Of a DNA stretch of 64,000 nucleotides, positions 19,007 to 29,238 are shown piece after piece. Below the pieces are notes generated by a model, which saw only the letters and a list, made by a program, of their open reading frames with translations, was not told the DNA's origin and did no database searches. Both the position numbers and the translations under genes were made by a program. Positions within the stretch are counted from its first letter, which is position 1; the number at the start of each line of letters is the position of its first letter. Origin of the DNA: an uncultured Candidatus Saccharibacteria bacterium. Its GTDB lineage: Bacteria; Patescibacteriota; Dojkabacteria; B142; OLB20. The stretch lies in assembly GCA_964562165.1 (NCBI GenBank), contig CAZLRZ010000001.1, forward strand, positions 1,349 to 65,348, given 5' to 3'.

Positions 19007-19490
19007 TATCAAAGGGTTTTAAGGTTAAATTCATAATCAAATTCTTTTGACCAAAATATCCTTCTGGCCTTGTCCCTATTAATTTAAAACCATGCTTTTC
19101 GTAGAAGGGCCTAGCTCTATCATAGGTATAGAGCTCAATTAGATGACCTTTTATTTGCTTAATATAGTCAATATATTTTTGAAGCAAAACACCTCCAAGG
19201 CCTTTACTTCTATATTCAGGATAAACTCCTACCCAGCTTATAAAGCCGACACCACCATAAGTGTGATCCCCAATTAAAAACCCAATAACGTTTTTCGATT
19301 CATCAACTGCAACAAAAACTTTTCGAAAATTCCTATCAATCCAAAGTCGGAAGTTCTGTAATGTATAGTCCGTCAACAAGAAATGTTCCGAAAGCACAGG
19401 AGGGAACTGACCATAACCCTCATTCATAAGCTTTGAAAAGCACCTATAAAATGAGTCTAGATTATTAGTCCCAAGTTCTTCTATTACCAT
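18981..19490 (-). CDS. GNAT N-acetyltransferase
   Basis: VYPEYRSKGLG motif A; FYEKHGF. Confidence 0.9.
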   Translation of the reverse strand: MVIEELGTNNLDSFYRCFSKLMNEGYGQFPPVLSEHFLLTDYTLQNFRLWIDRNFRKVFVAVDESKNVIGFLIGDHTYGGVGFISWVGVYPEYRSKGLGGVLLQKYIDYIKQIKGHLIELYTYDRARPFYEKHGFKLIGTRPEGYFGQKNLIMNLTLKPFDINDLLTRS

Positions 19491-20401
19491 TTTTTTTGCA
19501 GAAATTTATTGAACTTGAATTTTTTATGAGTGAAAAAATCAAATGGCAATAGGTAATCTCTTAAAACAAAAAAGTTGTAAGCTATTAAAAGCATTGCGAA
19601 AACTATTTGGAAAATACTTAGGGTAAGCTCTCCTGAAATTACAATCCAAGGCAAAACAAGGATTATTAAAATCATTGATAAAAGGAAAACGAATTCTGGC
19701 CAATAATCTTTTGAGATTTTTAGGCTGATTTCTTGAAGTGATTTTTTGACTTCAATTTGTAAAAGTTGTTTAAAGCGGAAAACATAATACATCTCAAATA
19801 TCACGATTAAGAAAATACCGGTTAAAGTAATTGTGAAAAAAGTCTGCTCCATTACAACCCCGACTGCCCCAATTACAGAACCAAAGCCCAAGAAGACTAT
19901 TATAGTAAACAAAGTCATTAACAATTCCTTAATCACAAAACTTAACAAATCCTTTATTAATAATCCGTTTTTTCTCAAAATTAAAGCTAGATAGACAAGA
20001 GCAGTTACAAAGAAAACCGCAAAAACTATCAGGGCTCTTTGAAGAACTATTACCTCTTTAGCAGGAATATATTCATAGAAGGTCTTACTGACAATACCTG
20101 GAAGCTTTGTGCTTACGGTATCTAAAATACTAATCTTTTCATCTTCAGAAACTCCTTGATAAAAAGCGTAGAATTTTGATGTACTTTCCTTTTCTACTCT
20201 CGAAGGTTTTGAAAACGATCTTAATTCGCCAACCACATTATCTGTTGAAACCTCATGATCTAATTGTATTAATAGGACATTTGAATCATTGAAAAAGGGT
20301 CCAATATTCAATTTGAAATAAAAGATTGAAAACAAAGAAAGAATTAATAAAAGAGAGGCGGAAATTGCTACTCCCCTTTTTGATTTTAAAAAGTTTGCCA
20401 T
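19484..20401 (-). CDS. secF: Highly divergent SecF
   Basis: 1 TM + external domain + 5 TM topology directly downstream of secD; weak motif retention. Confidence 0.7.
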   Translation of the reverse strand: MANFLKSKRGVAISASLLLILSLFSIFYFKLNIGPFFNDSNVLLIQLDHEVSTDNVVGELRSFSKPSRVEKESTSKFYAFYQGVSEDEKISILDTVSTKLPGIVSKTFYEYIPAKEVIVLQRALIVFAVFFVTALVYLALILRKNGLLIKDLLSFVIKELLMTLFTIIVFLGFGSVIGAVGVVMEQTFFTITLTGIFLIVIFEMYYVFRFKQLLQIEVKKSLQEISLKISKDYWPEFVFLLSMILIILVLPWIVISGELTLSIFQIVFAMLLIAYNFFVLRDYLLPFDFFTHKKFKFNKFLQKKW

Positions 20402-21783
20402 TTTTCTTTAGGTAAAAAAAAGATTGGTAATAAGATTTTCACGAAATTAGTGAAAATAAAATAGCCTATAATAACTCCAAATCCAAGACTATTATAAAAA
20501 TTGATCACAAAAATTGGAGAGAAATACGACACTACAAAAGCAGTAATAATAAAGACAATAGTCAAATTTCTATAATTGATTTTCAACATCTCAAATTCGG
20601 TTTCTACCTCTGATAAAATCAAGCCGGACCTTGAAGCAGTACGGATTCTATATAATAGATAAACAATAAAGGTTAAAAACAATAGGAACCCAGAGACCGC
20701 ACCTAATATGGTTGGAAGCCCAAGCACTAGGTTAAAGACCTTCATTATCGCCACAACAATTACTCCATAGATTATTACGGAAGCAATTGCTAATTTACTT
20801 CTTTCCCTAAAGTAGAAAACCAACAAACCTATGCAAGCCAATAATGACAATCCGGTCGCAATTTTAATATTTAACAAGGCATTTGGCCCCAAACCGGCTT
20901 CAACTGTATTTGTATTTGAAATAGTTAAAGTCTTATCAAAAGGTTGGTCGGTCATAATTGCTGCCAAAACTGAATTGGCTGTATATGTATCAATAATTCC
21001 GGGATATATAACTAATTCTCGATCTGGTGTTACGCCAGAATAAAATTGCCCCATCGACTGAATAGCGATTGGATATCCATCTAGAAGCATCAATAATGGA
21101 AACTTACCACTGGAACTCGAATAAAGCGCCGCGATAAATTCACCCTTTGAAGCCTCTTTGAAAGTTATGCTAATACAATAATTGCGAAGTTCATTTGGAT
21201 CGTTAATATAACAATTTGTGCCAGGCACGACGCTTACAGATTCAATATCATCGTTTGTTAAAGCAGAAGGCTTTCTAGCAGCAATAGGATTGTTTTGTAA
21301 TTCTTCCTCAGTCACCGTTGCCGATTTTTCAGTATCTTCTACCCAAAAGGAAATATCTGCAGGAGAAACCAGAATTGATAAATAATCCTTACTTAATACC
21401 TCTGAGGATTTTAATATAAGATTGTATTCGTTTTTTTCTTTACTGATCATACTATTAAGTTCGAAATAATCAGGGTTCGTTTTCTTAATTCTTCGATATA
21501 AAATACTTTTAGTATTTTCGAGTACAGCAAATTTTTCTTCTTCAGGCACATCAGTCATATCGACCGATATTGTTGCCAAAGCACCTCCCGATATATCTAA
21601 TGAAGGCAAGAACTTAAATTCTTGAAGTAAAAAATTCGGATTAAAATCTTTTGGATCCCAACCCCTGATGCGGTAATTCTGGTTATTAACATTTATGTTA
21701 AAGGTTGGTATGGCAATTGATAAAGCAAAAAAAACAAAAAGAACTAAAAGGAAGGTTTTAATAATTGATTTTTTCACATTCAA
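20386..21783 (-). CDS. secD: Highly divergent SecD
   Basis: SLDISGG (GLDLxGG), RRI, VEAGLGPN (V.P.LG) motifs; 1+5 TM topology. Confidence 0.82.
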   Translation of the reverse strand: MNVKKSIIKTFLLVLFVFFALSIAIPTFNINVNNQNYRIRGWDPKDFNPNFLLQEFKFLPSLDISGGALATISVDMTDVPEEEKFAVLENTKSILYRRIKKTNPDYFELNSMISKEKNEYNLILKSSEVLSKDYLSILVSPADISFWVEDTEKSATVTEEELQNNPIAARKPSALTNDDIESVSVVPGTNCYINDPNELRNYCISITFKEASKGEFIAALYSSSSGKFPLLMLLDGYPIAIQSMGQFYSGVTPDRELVIYPGIIDTYTANSVLAAIMTDQPFDKTLTISNTNTVEAGLGPNALLNIKIATGLSLLACIGLLVFYFRERSKLAIASVIIYGVIVVAIMKVFNLVLGLPTILGAVSGFLLFLTFIVYLLYRIRTASRSGLILSEVETEFEMLKINYRNLTIVFIITAFVVSYFSPIFVINFYNSLGFGVIIGYFIFTNFVKILLPIFFLPKEKWQTF

Positions 21784-21849
21784 AAAGAAATGAATTATTT
21801 TGTTATTCTATCAGCAATAATGAGTTTATTCAAACCAGCGGGAAAGTAT

Positions 21850-23901
21850 TTAGCCCCAGCCAGAGGATCCACCACCGCCACCACCGCCACCAAAGGATCC
21901 GCCAAACCCACCGCCACCGCTCCACCCGCCACCAATCGATCCTCCTCTTGATCCACCACTAGAAGAACTAGAAGGTTTTGAGTTTAAAGTTTGTGAAGAA
22001 AAACTCGAAAAATTTGATAAAGAATTAATCATGGCAATTGTATTAAACGTTGACCAAGATTGACTTTCATACCAATCTGGAGCCACTTTATAAATGTCTT
22101 TAAACCTCTCTCCCCACTGTTTTTCGATACCAAAAACCATAGCATACGGAAGGAACCTCTCGAATGTTTCTGGAGTCAAATCCTGTACTCTGAATCTTTC
22201 GGCAGTATATAGATACATTCTGAATCCTAGAATCCTATTTAAAACCCTTGACCCTTCTAGTGTTTTTGCGGGCATATAATTACCGACAACAATCAAAACA
22301 ACACATAATAATAAGAGACTAATTACTGTGATAAAAACCCCGGGGATAATTAATAGAACTGCCAAGCCAAAAAACAAAAGCATAAAAATTATAAAGAGGC
22401 CAACAAAACCTATCCCCATATATTTATTTCTTACGTCTTCCGGACTTTCTTTGTAATATTTTCGACTAACCATTTCCTTATCTATCGATTTCTTAATTGC
22501 AGGCACTTTAATATAGAATAAATTTGTTAAATCTAACGACATAATAATTTTATCTTTACTCGAAAACATAGACTCTATTATCAACTTTTCGTTTTCATCT
22601 AATGTGCCAAAATCTTTTAATTTGACCAATTCATAATCGGTATACCCACCAAAACCAAAGAATCCTTCTTTCTTAAATTCTCTAATTTTTATATACCCCT
22701 GCCTGGCAACATCTATTAAGGTAGCAGTGATGTCTATCATGTCAACCTTTTCGTCTTTCATTGAGCCTAATAAATATGGTTTTATATCATCGGGTGGATT
22801 ATATTCGGGAACAATTGTATCTCTATAAAATGCATCTCGCCCACTCTTTCTCCATTTTAAAAATATCCAAAGAGCTCCACCGGGGAAAACAAAGCAGGAT
22901 AGGATCCCGCAAACTATATTCCCCCAAAACAAAATCTTAGTTATCAAATCTTGTTCCAATTCGACTTCGACAACTTTTTCTTCGCCCGATGCTATAGTTA
23001 GAGCCGTACTTTTTGATTGATAACCAGAAAAAGAGAACTCAAGATCAACATTACCTTCTGGTATGCCACCAATTTCTTTAGAAACATCATCTAATTGAAC
23101 CCCATTGATTTTGACATCAATAGGATCAGGTTTTGAAGTTAAAAGAATTTTTCCAGGCTTTTTTATAAGCCCTTTATTTATTTTTAAAGCTATAGTTGTG
23201 TTTTGGTTTTTTTGAATATCTTTTAAATCAACTCTAACAACATTCCCTTCATTTGATAAATCATAGAGTAAAGTTGCGCTACCTAAGTCGGTAAGGACTT
23301 TAAAGCCCGTTTCGTCAAACGTAAAGCCATCAGGTAAGTTTAACAGAAAAGTAGATTTGTTAATTCCGGAGGGCCTTTCGGGTGGAAGCATGTCCCAATA
23401 AAACAAGTCGTAATCATCGAAGAACCCCAAACCGCCATACACTTTATATTTTATAGAATATTTTAAAAACTCACCATTAAAGACTCTTCCGTTAGGATCA
23501 AAGTTCCAGGTTATTTTTAATCTATCTTCACCACTTTCGTAAACATTTTCAAGTTCGATTTGAGAATCTGGGACTTTGTTCCCACCCTCATCAAATACGC
23601 CTAAAAACTCAATATATTCAAATCCACCGCATTGTAAAAGGTTCGACTCAATACACTTTTTTTCGATATCATAATCAACTAAGGTAATACCTCTAAAAAC
23701 CTTCCTAAAGGTGCCTGTGAAGTTAATTGAGACGTCTTCGGTAACTGTATAAGTTGAATCTGTATTAAAATCAACTTTAACATTAAAGGTGTCGTAGTAT
23801 CCGGAATCTGCTTTAATTGAAAAAGGGAATACTAATGCGACAAACAGAATAATTAGACTTGGCAAAAATCTTTTGGAAAAGTTAACCAAATTTATTAACA
23901 T
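21850..23901 (-). CDS. DUF2207-family membrane protein with a PEGA-like insertion
   Basis: ATLIDVARQGYI, FERFLPYAMVFG and a Gly-rich tail GGGGGGGSSGW; follows lemA. Confidence 0.88.
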   Translation of the reverse strand: MLINLVNFSKRFLPSLIILFVALVFPFSIKADSGYYDTFNVKVDFNTDSTYTVTEDVSINFTGTFRKVFRGITLVDYDIEKKCIESNLLQCGGFEYIEFLGVFDEGGNKVPDSQIELENVYESGEDRLKITWNFDPNGRVFNGEFLKYSIKYKVYGGLGFFDDYDLFYWDMLPPERPSGINKSTFLLNLPDGFTFDETGFKVLTDLGSATLLYDLSNEGNVVRVDLKDIQKNQNTTIALKINKGLIKKPGKILLTSKPDPIDVKINGVQLDDVSKEIGGIPEGNVDLEFSFSGYQSKSTALTIASGEEKVVEVELEQDLITKILFWGNIVCGILSCFVFPGGALWIFLKWRKSGRDAFYRDTIVPEYNPPDDIKPYLLGSMKDEKVDMIDITATLIDVARQGYIKIREFKKEGFFGFGGYTDYELVKLKDFGTLDENEKLIIESMFSSKDKIIMSLDLTNLFYIKVPAIKKSIDKEMVSRKYYKESPEDVRNKYMGIGFVGLFIIFMLLFFGLAVLLIIPGVFITVISLLLLCVVLIVVGNYMPAKTLEGSRVLNRILGFRMYLYTAERFRVQDLTPETFERFLPYAMVFGIEKQWGERFKDIYKVAPDWYESQSWSTFNTIAMINSLSNFSSFSSQTLNSKPSSSSSGGSRGGSIGGGWSGGGGFGGSFGGGGGGGGSSGWG

Positions 23902-23919
23902 TTTGAAGATTTTAAATTT

Positions 23920-24501
23920 TTACTTATCGGATTGTTCAGAGAAATCAACTTTGACATTAGCCTTCTCAGATTCTTCTGCAGCAAAGAATTCTCTAGCTTT
24001 AAAGCCTAAAATACTTGCAAATAAATTGTTTGGGAAAACTAAGATTTTAGTGTTAAAATCTCTGACAGTACCATTATAGTATCTTCTTGCACCTTGTAAT
24101 TCATTCTCAATTTCTGATAATGAATCTTGTAGTTTGATGAAGTTCTCGTTAGCCTTTAATTCTGGATAAGCTTCTGCAATGGCAAAAAGAGATTTCAATG
24201 TGCCGGATAATTCTTGCTCGATTTTGCCTTTTTCACCGATACTAGTGGTATTCATTGCTGCGGATCTTAACTGCGCAATTTTTTCAAAGGTGGAACTTTC
24301 GTGTTTTGCATATCCTTTAACTGTTTCGACAATATTTGGAATTAAATCGTATCTTCTTTTTAATTGAACATCTATTCCGCTCCATGCTTCGTCAACTAAA
24401 ATTTTAGCCTGAACTAAACTGTTATATAGAGCTATTGCAAAGATTAAAACGGCGACTACTACTCCGCAAATCAATAAAATTAAAATTGTTGCTATTTCCA
24501 T
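23920..24501 (-). CDS. lemA: LemA family protein
   Basis: AWSGIDVQLKRRYDLIPN, EAYPELKANENF, ARRYYN. Confidence 0.96.
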   Translation of the reverse strand: MEIATILILLICGVVVAVLIFAIALYNSLVQAKILVDEAWSGIDVQLKRRYDLIPNIVETVKGYAKHESSTFEKIAQLRSAAMNTTSIGEKGKIEQELSGTLKSLFAIAEAYPELKANENFIKLQDSLSEIENELQGARRYYNGTVRDFNTKILVFPNNLFASILGFKAREFFAAEESEKANVKVDFSEQSDK

Positions 24502-24566
24502 TAAATGAAATGTTAATAAATTAACTAATAATTAAATTATACTCTAGGGATTTTTTCTTAACAATA

Positions 24567-25841
24567 TTAAGAGTTCAATTTGCCGGCAATATATCCGGAA
24601 GCAAAAGCCCATGACATATTAAATCCACCAATCATCCCGTCAATATTCAATACTTCCCCAGCGAAATACAGTCCCTTCATTTTTAGGGATTCTAAAGTAA
24701 CACTATTTATTTCGCTAGTTTCAATTCCACCGCTGGTAAATTCAGCTTCATTCCAATCGCCTGTACCACTAATCTCAATCACAAAATTAGTAATTGAATT
24801 AATGAGTTCATCCCGTTTTTGACTATCCAAATCAAAAAACTTTACTTCTTTAGAAATTTTTAACAAATCAAGAAAATAATTCGCCAACTTAAAATGAATT
24901 ACGCCGTAAAGGATTGTAGCCAAACCAAGCTTGGGGTTCTTTTTTGACACAATCTCGATTTGCTTTTTCAGCTTAAAAGATTCCATATCCGAGAAATTTA
25001 TTTGGATTCGAAAATCACTCATGCCTTCTCGATTTATGCCCACGGATACTTCTCTACTCAAAGCGAAAATGGTATTTCCACTCACGCCTTTTTTTGTAAA
25101 TAACAGATCTCCGTTGACTTCACCTAAATTGACATTCTTTTTGAACAACTTAATGTTAGCTTTTATTTTTGTTCCGGCCAAATTACTACATATTTTAGCC
25201 TTAGTTAAAAGCGGACAACCTGCAGGAACAGGTTTAACAATGCTATGTCCGAACTTTCTGGCTAAGGCAAACCCGCTTCCATCAGACCCTAACCCTGGGT
25301 ATGATTGTCCTCCGGTAGTTAATATAATTTTATCAGCATAAAAGTAAGCGTTTGTTTTATTGGCCCCCTTTGCTGAAATTAAGAACTTTCCATCTTCCTT
25401 TTCGATATCATATACTTTGTGTTCGGAATAAATTTGTATTTTATTAACGGCAAGTTGTTCCTCAAAAATTTTCAAAACGTTTTTAGAAGAATCAGTTATA
25501 GGGAATATTTTACCAGCTTCGGTCTTAGTTTCTTCGTACCACAAAATTCCTAAATCTTCGAAACAATGAAGGATTTCAGTATATCCACATTGCCCGAAAA
25601 TCGATCTTAAAAGTTTTTTATCAGAATCGTAATAGTAATTTTCAAATGAGTCTTGAAGATTGGAATTTGTAAAATTGCATCTCCCTGCGCCACTAACTAA
25701 GATTTTTCTACCGATGGAATGAGACCCTTCTAAAATAGTTATATTTTTATTTGGGAATTTTCTCGCAGCAGAAAGCCCAGCGATTATTCCGGCATATCCT
25801 CCGCCAATTATTAAAATCTCCGTATTTATTATTTTTCCCAT
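24567..25841 (-). CDS. HI0933/BaiN/YhiN-family flavoprotein
   Basis: GGGYAG, GRKILVSGAGRCNFTN, GGQSYPGLGSDGSG, GLYFAGE...GGFN; TGgTAGAAT 6 nt before the ATG. Confidence 0.93.
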   Translation of the reverse strand: MGKIINTEILIIGGGYAGIIAGLSAARKFPNKNITILEGSHSIGRKILVSGAGRCNFTNSNLQDSFENYYYDSDKKLLRSIFGQCGYTEILHCFEDLGILWYEETKTEAGKIFPITDSSKNVLKIFEEQLAVNKIQIYSEHKVYDIEKEDGKFLISAKGANKTNAYFYADKIILTTGGQSYPGLGSDGSGFALARKFGHSIVKPVPAGCPLLTKAKICSNLAGTKIKANIKLFKKNVNLGEVNGDLLFTKKGVSGNTIFALSREVSVGINREGMSDFRIQINFSDMESFKLKKQIEIVSKKNPKLGLATILYGVIHFKLANYFLDLLKISKEVKFFDLDSQKRDELINSITNFVIEISGTGDWNEAEFTSGGIETSEINSVTLESLKMKGLYFAGEVLNIDGMIGGFNMSWAFASGYIAGKLNS

Positions 25842-25886
25842 GTGCTAATTCTACCAAAAACCCTTTAAATATTATATATTATTTAA

Positions 25887-27083
25887 ATGAAAGCAAAATT
25901 AATAAAAAGAAACATTTTCCTTTTTTACGTATTATCCATAATTCAAGGAGCTTTTTTTATTGAAAGTAACTGGATATTCCTTTATCTGGTTTACTTTAAC
26001 TACGAGATGCTTGGCTTTATAGATTCGATTGCTTTTTCTATAGGCCTTCTACTAGAAATTCCATCAGGCGCAATTGCAGATGTTATCGGAAGAAAGAAGA
26101 CGTTAATTATTGCAATGTTCTTTTTATCTTTTGGCCTTTTTATGGAGTTCTTAGCTCAAGATTCGATTGCTCTTTTTATTGGAAACATTTTGTTTTTTAT
26201 AGGAAACGCCTTTTATTCGGGTTCCATTGAAGCCCTTACTTTTGACACATTAGTTCTCAAAAAAGAAGAAAAAGACTACGAAAAAGTTGTGTCTTTAGGT
26301 CGATCTTTAGGATCAATTTCAACCATAATTGCCGTTTTAATTGGTGGATTTTTAGCCACAATAAATATCAGATATCCATTCCTATTAATGGGAAATTTTT
26401 ATGCTATCGGATTCATCCTAAGCTTTGCACTTACCGAACCCCCAATTGATAGTGTAAAAGTTACAGTCAAAGCATATTTTGAAGTAATAAAAAACAGCAT
26501 TAAAGAATTAAAACTACCTTCTATTAAACCCTATATATTTTTCATAATTTCCATACTTGGAATCACTTATTGGTACGACTGGGGCATGGTAAAGCCTGCA
26601 ATTTCGGTCAATCTTGGGTATGACACTCAACAAATGGGATTGATTTTTTCGCTCTCCTACCTACTTATTGCCTTGCTAACCCCAACAATCCCGAAGCTTA
26701 GAAAGCTTATTAACGATTATTCCGCTATTTCAATTTTAAATTTCCTTTTGGTACTTACTCTGTTTATATTGGGATTAAATTTAGGAAGTTGGGGCTTTAT
26801 TCCGATTTTGATAATTGGAGTTATTGGAGCAATGACATCTACCTGGATAGGAATTATCATTAACGAAAAGATCCAATCTCAAAATCGGGCAACAGTTCTT
26901 TCGACAGTTTCGATGTTACTTAAAATTCCATACATTTTAACCGCCTGGATTTCCGGCTACCTAATTGATAAAGGGTTTTTACCCCAAGTTTTATTTGGAT
27001 TAGCTTTTATAGTTGGGATTTTTTCTTTTATCAACCTACTCAAAAGACAAGAGCTTTTTAAAGAAAAGATTAACAAAGCATAA
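25887..27083 (+). CDS. MFS transporter
   Basis: EIPSGAIADVIGRKKTL motif A; about 12 TM. Confidence 0.92.
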   Translation: MKAKLIKRNIFLFYVLSIIQGAFFIESNWIFLYLVYFNYEMLGFIDSIAFSIGLLLEIPSGAIADVIGRKKTLIIAMFFLSFGLFMEFLAQDSIALFIGNILFFIGNAFYSGSIEALTFDTLVLKKEEKDYEKVVSLGRSLGSISTIIAVLIGGFLATINIRYPFLLMGNFYAIGFILSFALTEPPIDSVKVTVKAYFEVIKNSIKELKLPSIKPYIFFIISILGITYWYDWGMVKPAISVNLGYDTQQMGLIFSLSYLLIALLTPTIPKLRKLINDYSAISILNFLLVLTLFILGLNLGSWGFIPILIIGVIGAMTSTWIGIIINEKIQSQNRATVLSTVSMLLKIPYILTAWISGYLIDKGFLPQVLFGLAFIVGIFSFINLLKRQELFKEKINKA

Positions 27084-27097
27084 GATTATTAAGATCT

Positions 27098-28675
27098 TTA
27101 AGACCTATCTACAAATTGAAGTCTATCCGCAACTTTTACCTCTGGCAATTTTTCATCTAGTCCGCTCCAAATTGGATCTAAAACAGATAGAGCTTTTAAC
27201 CAATCCCTTGTTAATTTTCTGTATGCAATATGACCCCCATTTCTGGTTCTAAGGGCAATTGTATAGGCAATATCATCAAAGGATCCATAGAATTTGTAAA
27301 ATACTTTGTATCCATGGTTTAATACATACCTTCCATATTCAAAAGCTAGTTCCTTTCCAAGTTCTTTTCTGAGTAACTTATACCAGACCTTAACTTCAGA
27401 ATAGTATTCGGTCATACACTTTAAATATTTTGCCTTTAAATCTTTAAACACTGGAAGTTCCAAGTAGTCACACAATCGAAACATTTCCTCCGGATCGCGT
27501 TCCATTTCTTTATCAAAATCCAATTCTTCCTCAAAAAGAGGAATAAACTTCTCAAAACTTCTATGTCTTACCAAGTCTTTTATGGCGCCATAGTCGGCCT
27601 GTCCACTAATTAAATACGAACCGGACTGCCCAACATTCCCAAGTTGATGGTGATGATCGTGACTTTTAAAAATGATTTTACTTACTTTCTTTTTTAATTT
27701 TTCAAAATCCTCTTCACTTAAAAGCAGCTTTGAATTGGGATTAATTAACAAACTATAATTTTCAATTAATTCAGCGGATGGATCCCTATTTGGACTTACA
27801 AAAAGTTCAAAAGGTATTTCTGACGTTCTCAATTTCCCGATCAGATTTAGGATCTCACTAGTGCTGGTATTCCTACTCGAATCGGCTTCGGTATGTCTAA
27901 TTAGCCCATCAGCTTCGGGAATATATCCCATTTTTTTTAGGTTTTCAGTACCCATTAAAAGCTGATAAATCAATTCCCCAAGTTCTCGTTCTATTGAGAA
28001 TTTACTAGCTCTGTAATACGAAATCCTTTCCGCCCAAGCTCTAGCCGACATTAATACACCCATCGAAGTCTGCAGGCCAATAGGCAAGAAATACCTTATG
28101 GTATCAAAGACTCTGGCTTTTAATGCAGATCTTTCATTAACATCATCGGTAACTTTGTAGTATTCAATAAAAGCCTTCTCAGTTTCGTCTTTAAGATCTG
28201 AATAGTTTTGGAGAGACTTTTCAAGCAAAGAATTGTATCCATTCTCAACCTTTTTGCTTACCTTAATCGTGGATGGGAATTTAATATATTTGGGTTTTGA
28301 AAAATCCTGATATCTTGTTGACCTTTCTTGTCCTGCATGAACTGGATTTGCATAAAAAAACCTTTGCGCAGCAAATATTGGAATATTCTCTAAGGCAAGG
28401 AATATATCTGCCATATCGCCAACTGATTTGTGTCCATAATTATAAAAAATCGCTTCAAGTTTTTTTGACGCGTCTTTCCCCGATTCATAAATTTCTTTAG
28501 CAATATCAACAATAGGATCCGCCGATCTTGAATACCTTGCCCCTAAAAAGGCATTAATAGAAGGCTGTTTGGCCTCGGTATTTTGCAATAAGACATTAAC
28601 TTTAAGATTATGCCAACTATGCTCTGGATTCGAAATTGAAGCTATATGCAAGTCCTTGAAAAAGTCTTCATTCAT
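27098..28675 (-). CDS. thyX: Tandem-domain flavin-dependent thymidylate synthase
   Basis: ARYSRS, YGHKSVGD, ERSTRYQDF, DTIRYFLP; second domain DLVRHRS, LRT...GHIAYR. Confidence 0.88.
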   Translation of the reverse strand: MNEDFFKDLHIASISNPEHSWHNLKVNVLLQNTEAKQPSINAFLGARYSRSADPIVDIAKEIYESGKDASKKLEAIFYNYGHKSVGDMADIFLALENIPIFAAQRFFYANPVHAGQERSTRYQDFSKPKYIKFPSTIKVSKKVENGYNSLLEKSLQNYSDLKDETEKAFIEYYKVTDDVNERSALKARVFDTIRYFLPIGLQTSMGVLMSARAWAERISYYRASKFSIERELGELIYQLLMGTENLKKMGYIPEADGLIRHTEADSSRNTSTSEILNLIGKLRTSEIPFELFVSPNRDPSAELIENYSLLINPNSKLLLSEEDFEKLKKKVSKIIFKSHDHHHQLGNVGQSGSYLISGQADYGAIKDLVRHRSFEKFIPLFEEELDFDKEMERDPEEMFRLCDYLELPVFKDLKAKYLKCMTEYYSEVKVWYKLLRKELGKELAFEYGRYVLNHGYKVFYKFYGSFDDIAYTIALRTRNGGHIAYRKLTRDWLKALSVLDPIWSGLDEKLPEVKVADRLQFVDRS

Positions 28676-28763
28676 ACGTAAGAAAGAAAGAATTTATTTA
28701 TTAAATTATTATGCCATGATATCTAAAAATCTGTCCAATTTAATTGGCAACAAATTTTTAGAC

Positions 28764-28793
28764 AAAAAAAATCCCAAATTTCTTTGGGATTTT
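28764..28793 (-). terminator. Intrinsic terminator ending the ribosomal protein operon
   Basis: AAAATCCCAAA/TTTGGGATTTT hairpin with T8 on the minus strand, after rpsI. Confidence 0.8.
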
Positions 28794-28814
28794 AAAATTC
28801 TTTTTACTACAATT

Positions 28815-29216
28815 TTAACGTTTACTGTACTGTGGACCTTTTCTAGCTTTTCTAAGACCGGTATGTTTTCTTTCAACCATTCTATCGTCTCTAGACATGA
28901 ATCCTAGCTTCTTAAGTACTGTTTTGAACTCTGGATCCATATTAACTAATGCTCTTGCAATACCATGTATTACAGCCCCTTTTTGACCATTAACTCCACC
29001 GCCGATTGCTCTGGCTGTGAAATATACTTTATCTTGAAGTTCTAAGGCTTTTAATGGAGCTATAATTTCATTTCTGTCGTTTTCCCATTTAAAATATTCC
29101 TTTAATGGTTTTTTATTAACCATACTATCTCCTTTACCTTCGTAAATTCTAACACCTGCAATTGAAGTTTTTCTTCTTCCTTTTGCGTAATAATATTTTT
29201 TACTCTGCTTTTCCAT
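28815..29216 (-). CDS. rpsI: 30S ribosomal protein uS9
   Basis: GRRKTS, RDDRMVERK, PQYSKR. Confidence 0.98.
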   Translation of the reverse strand: MEKQSKKYYYAKGRRKTSIAGVRIYEGKGDSMVNKKPLKEYFKWENDRNEIIAPLKALELQDKVYFTARAIGGGVNGQKGAVIHGIARALVNMDPEFKTVLKKLGFMSRDDRMVERKHTGLRKARKGPQYSKR

Positions 29217-29238
29217 TAGTTTATTGTTTATTTAAATA

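Noticed and set aside
21850-21975. GC-rich (CCA/CCG)n repeat-like stretch
   Set aside because: It encodes the usual Gly/Ser tail of DUF2207 proteins
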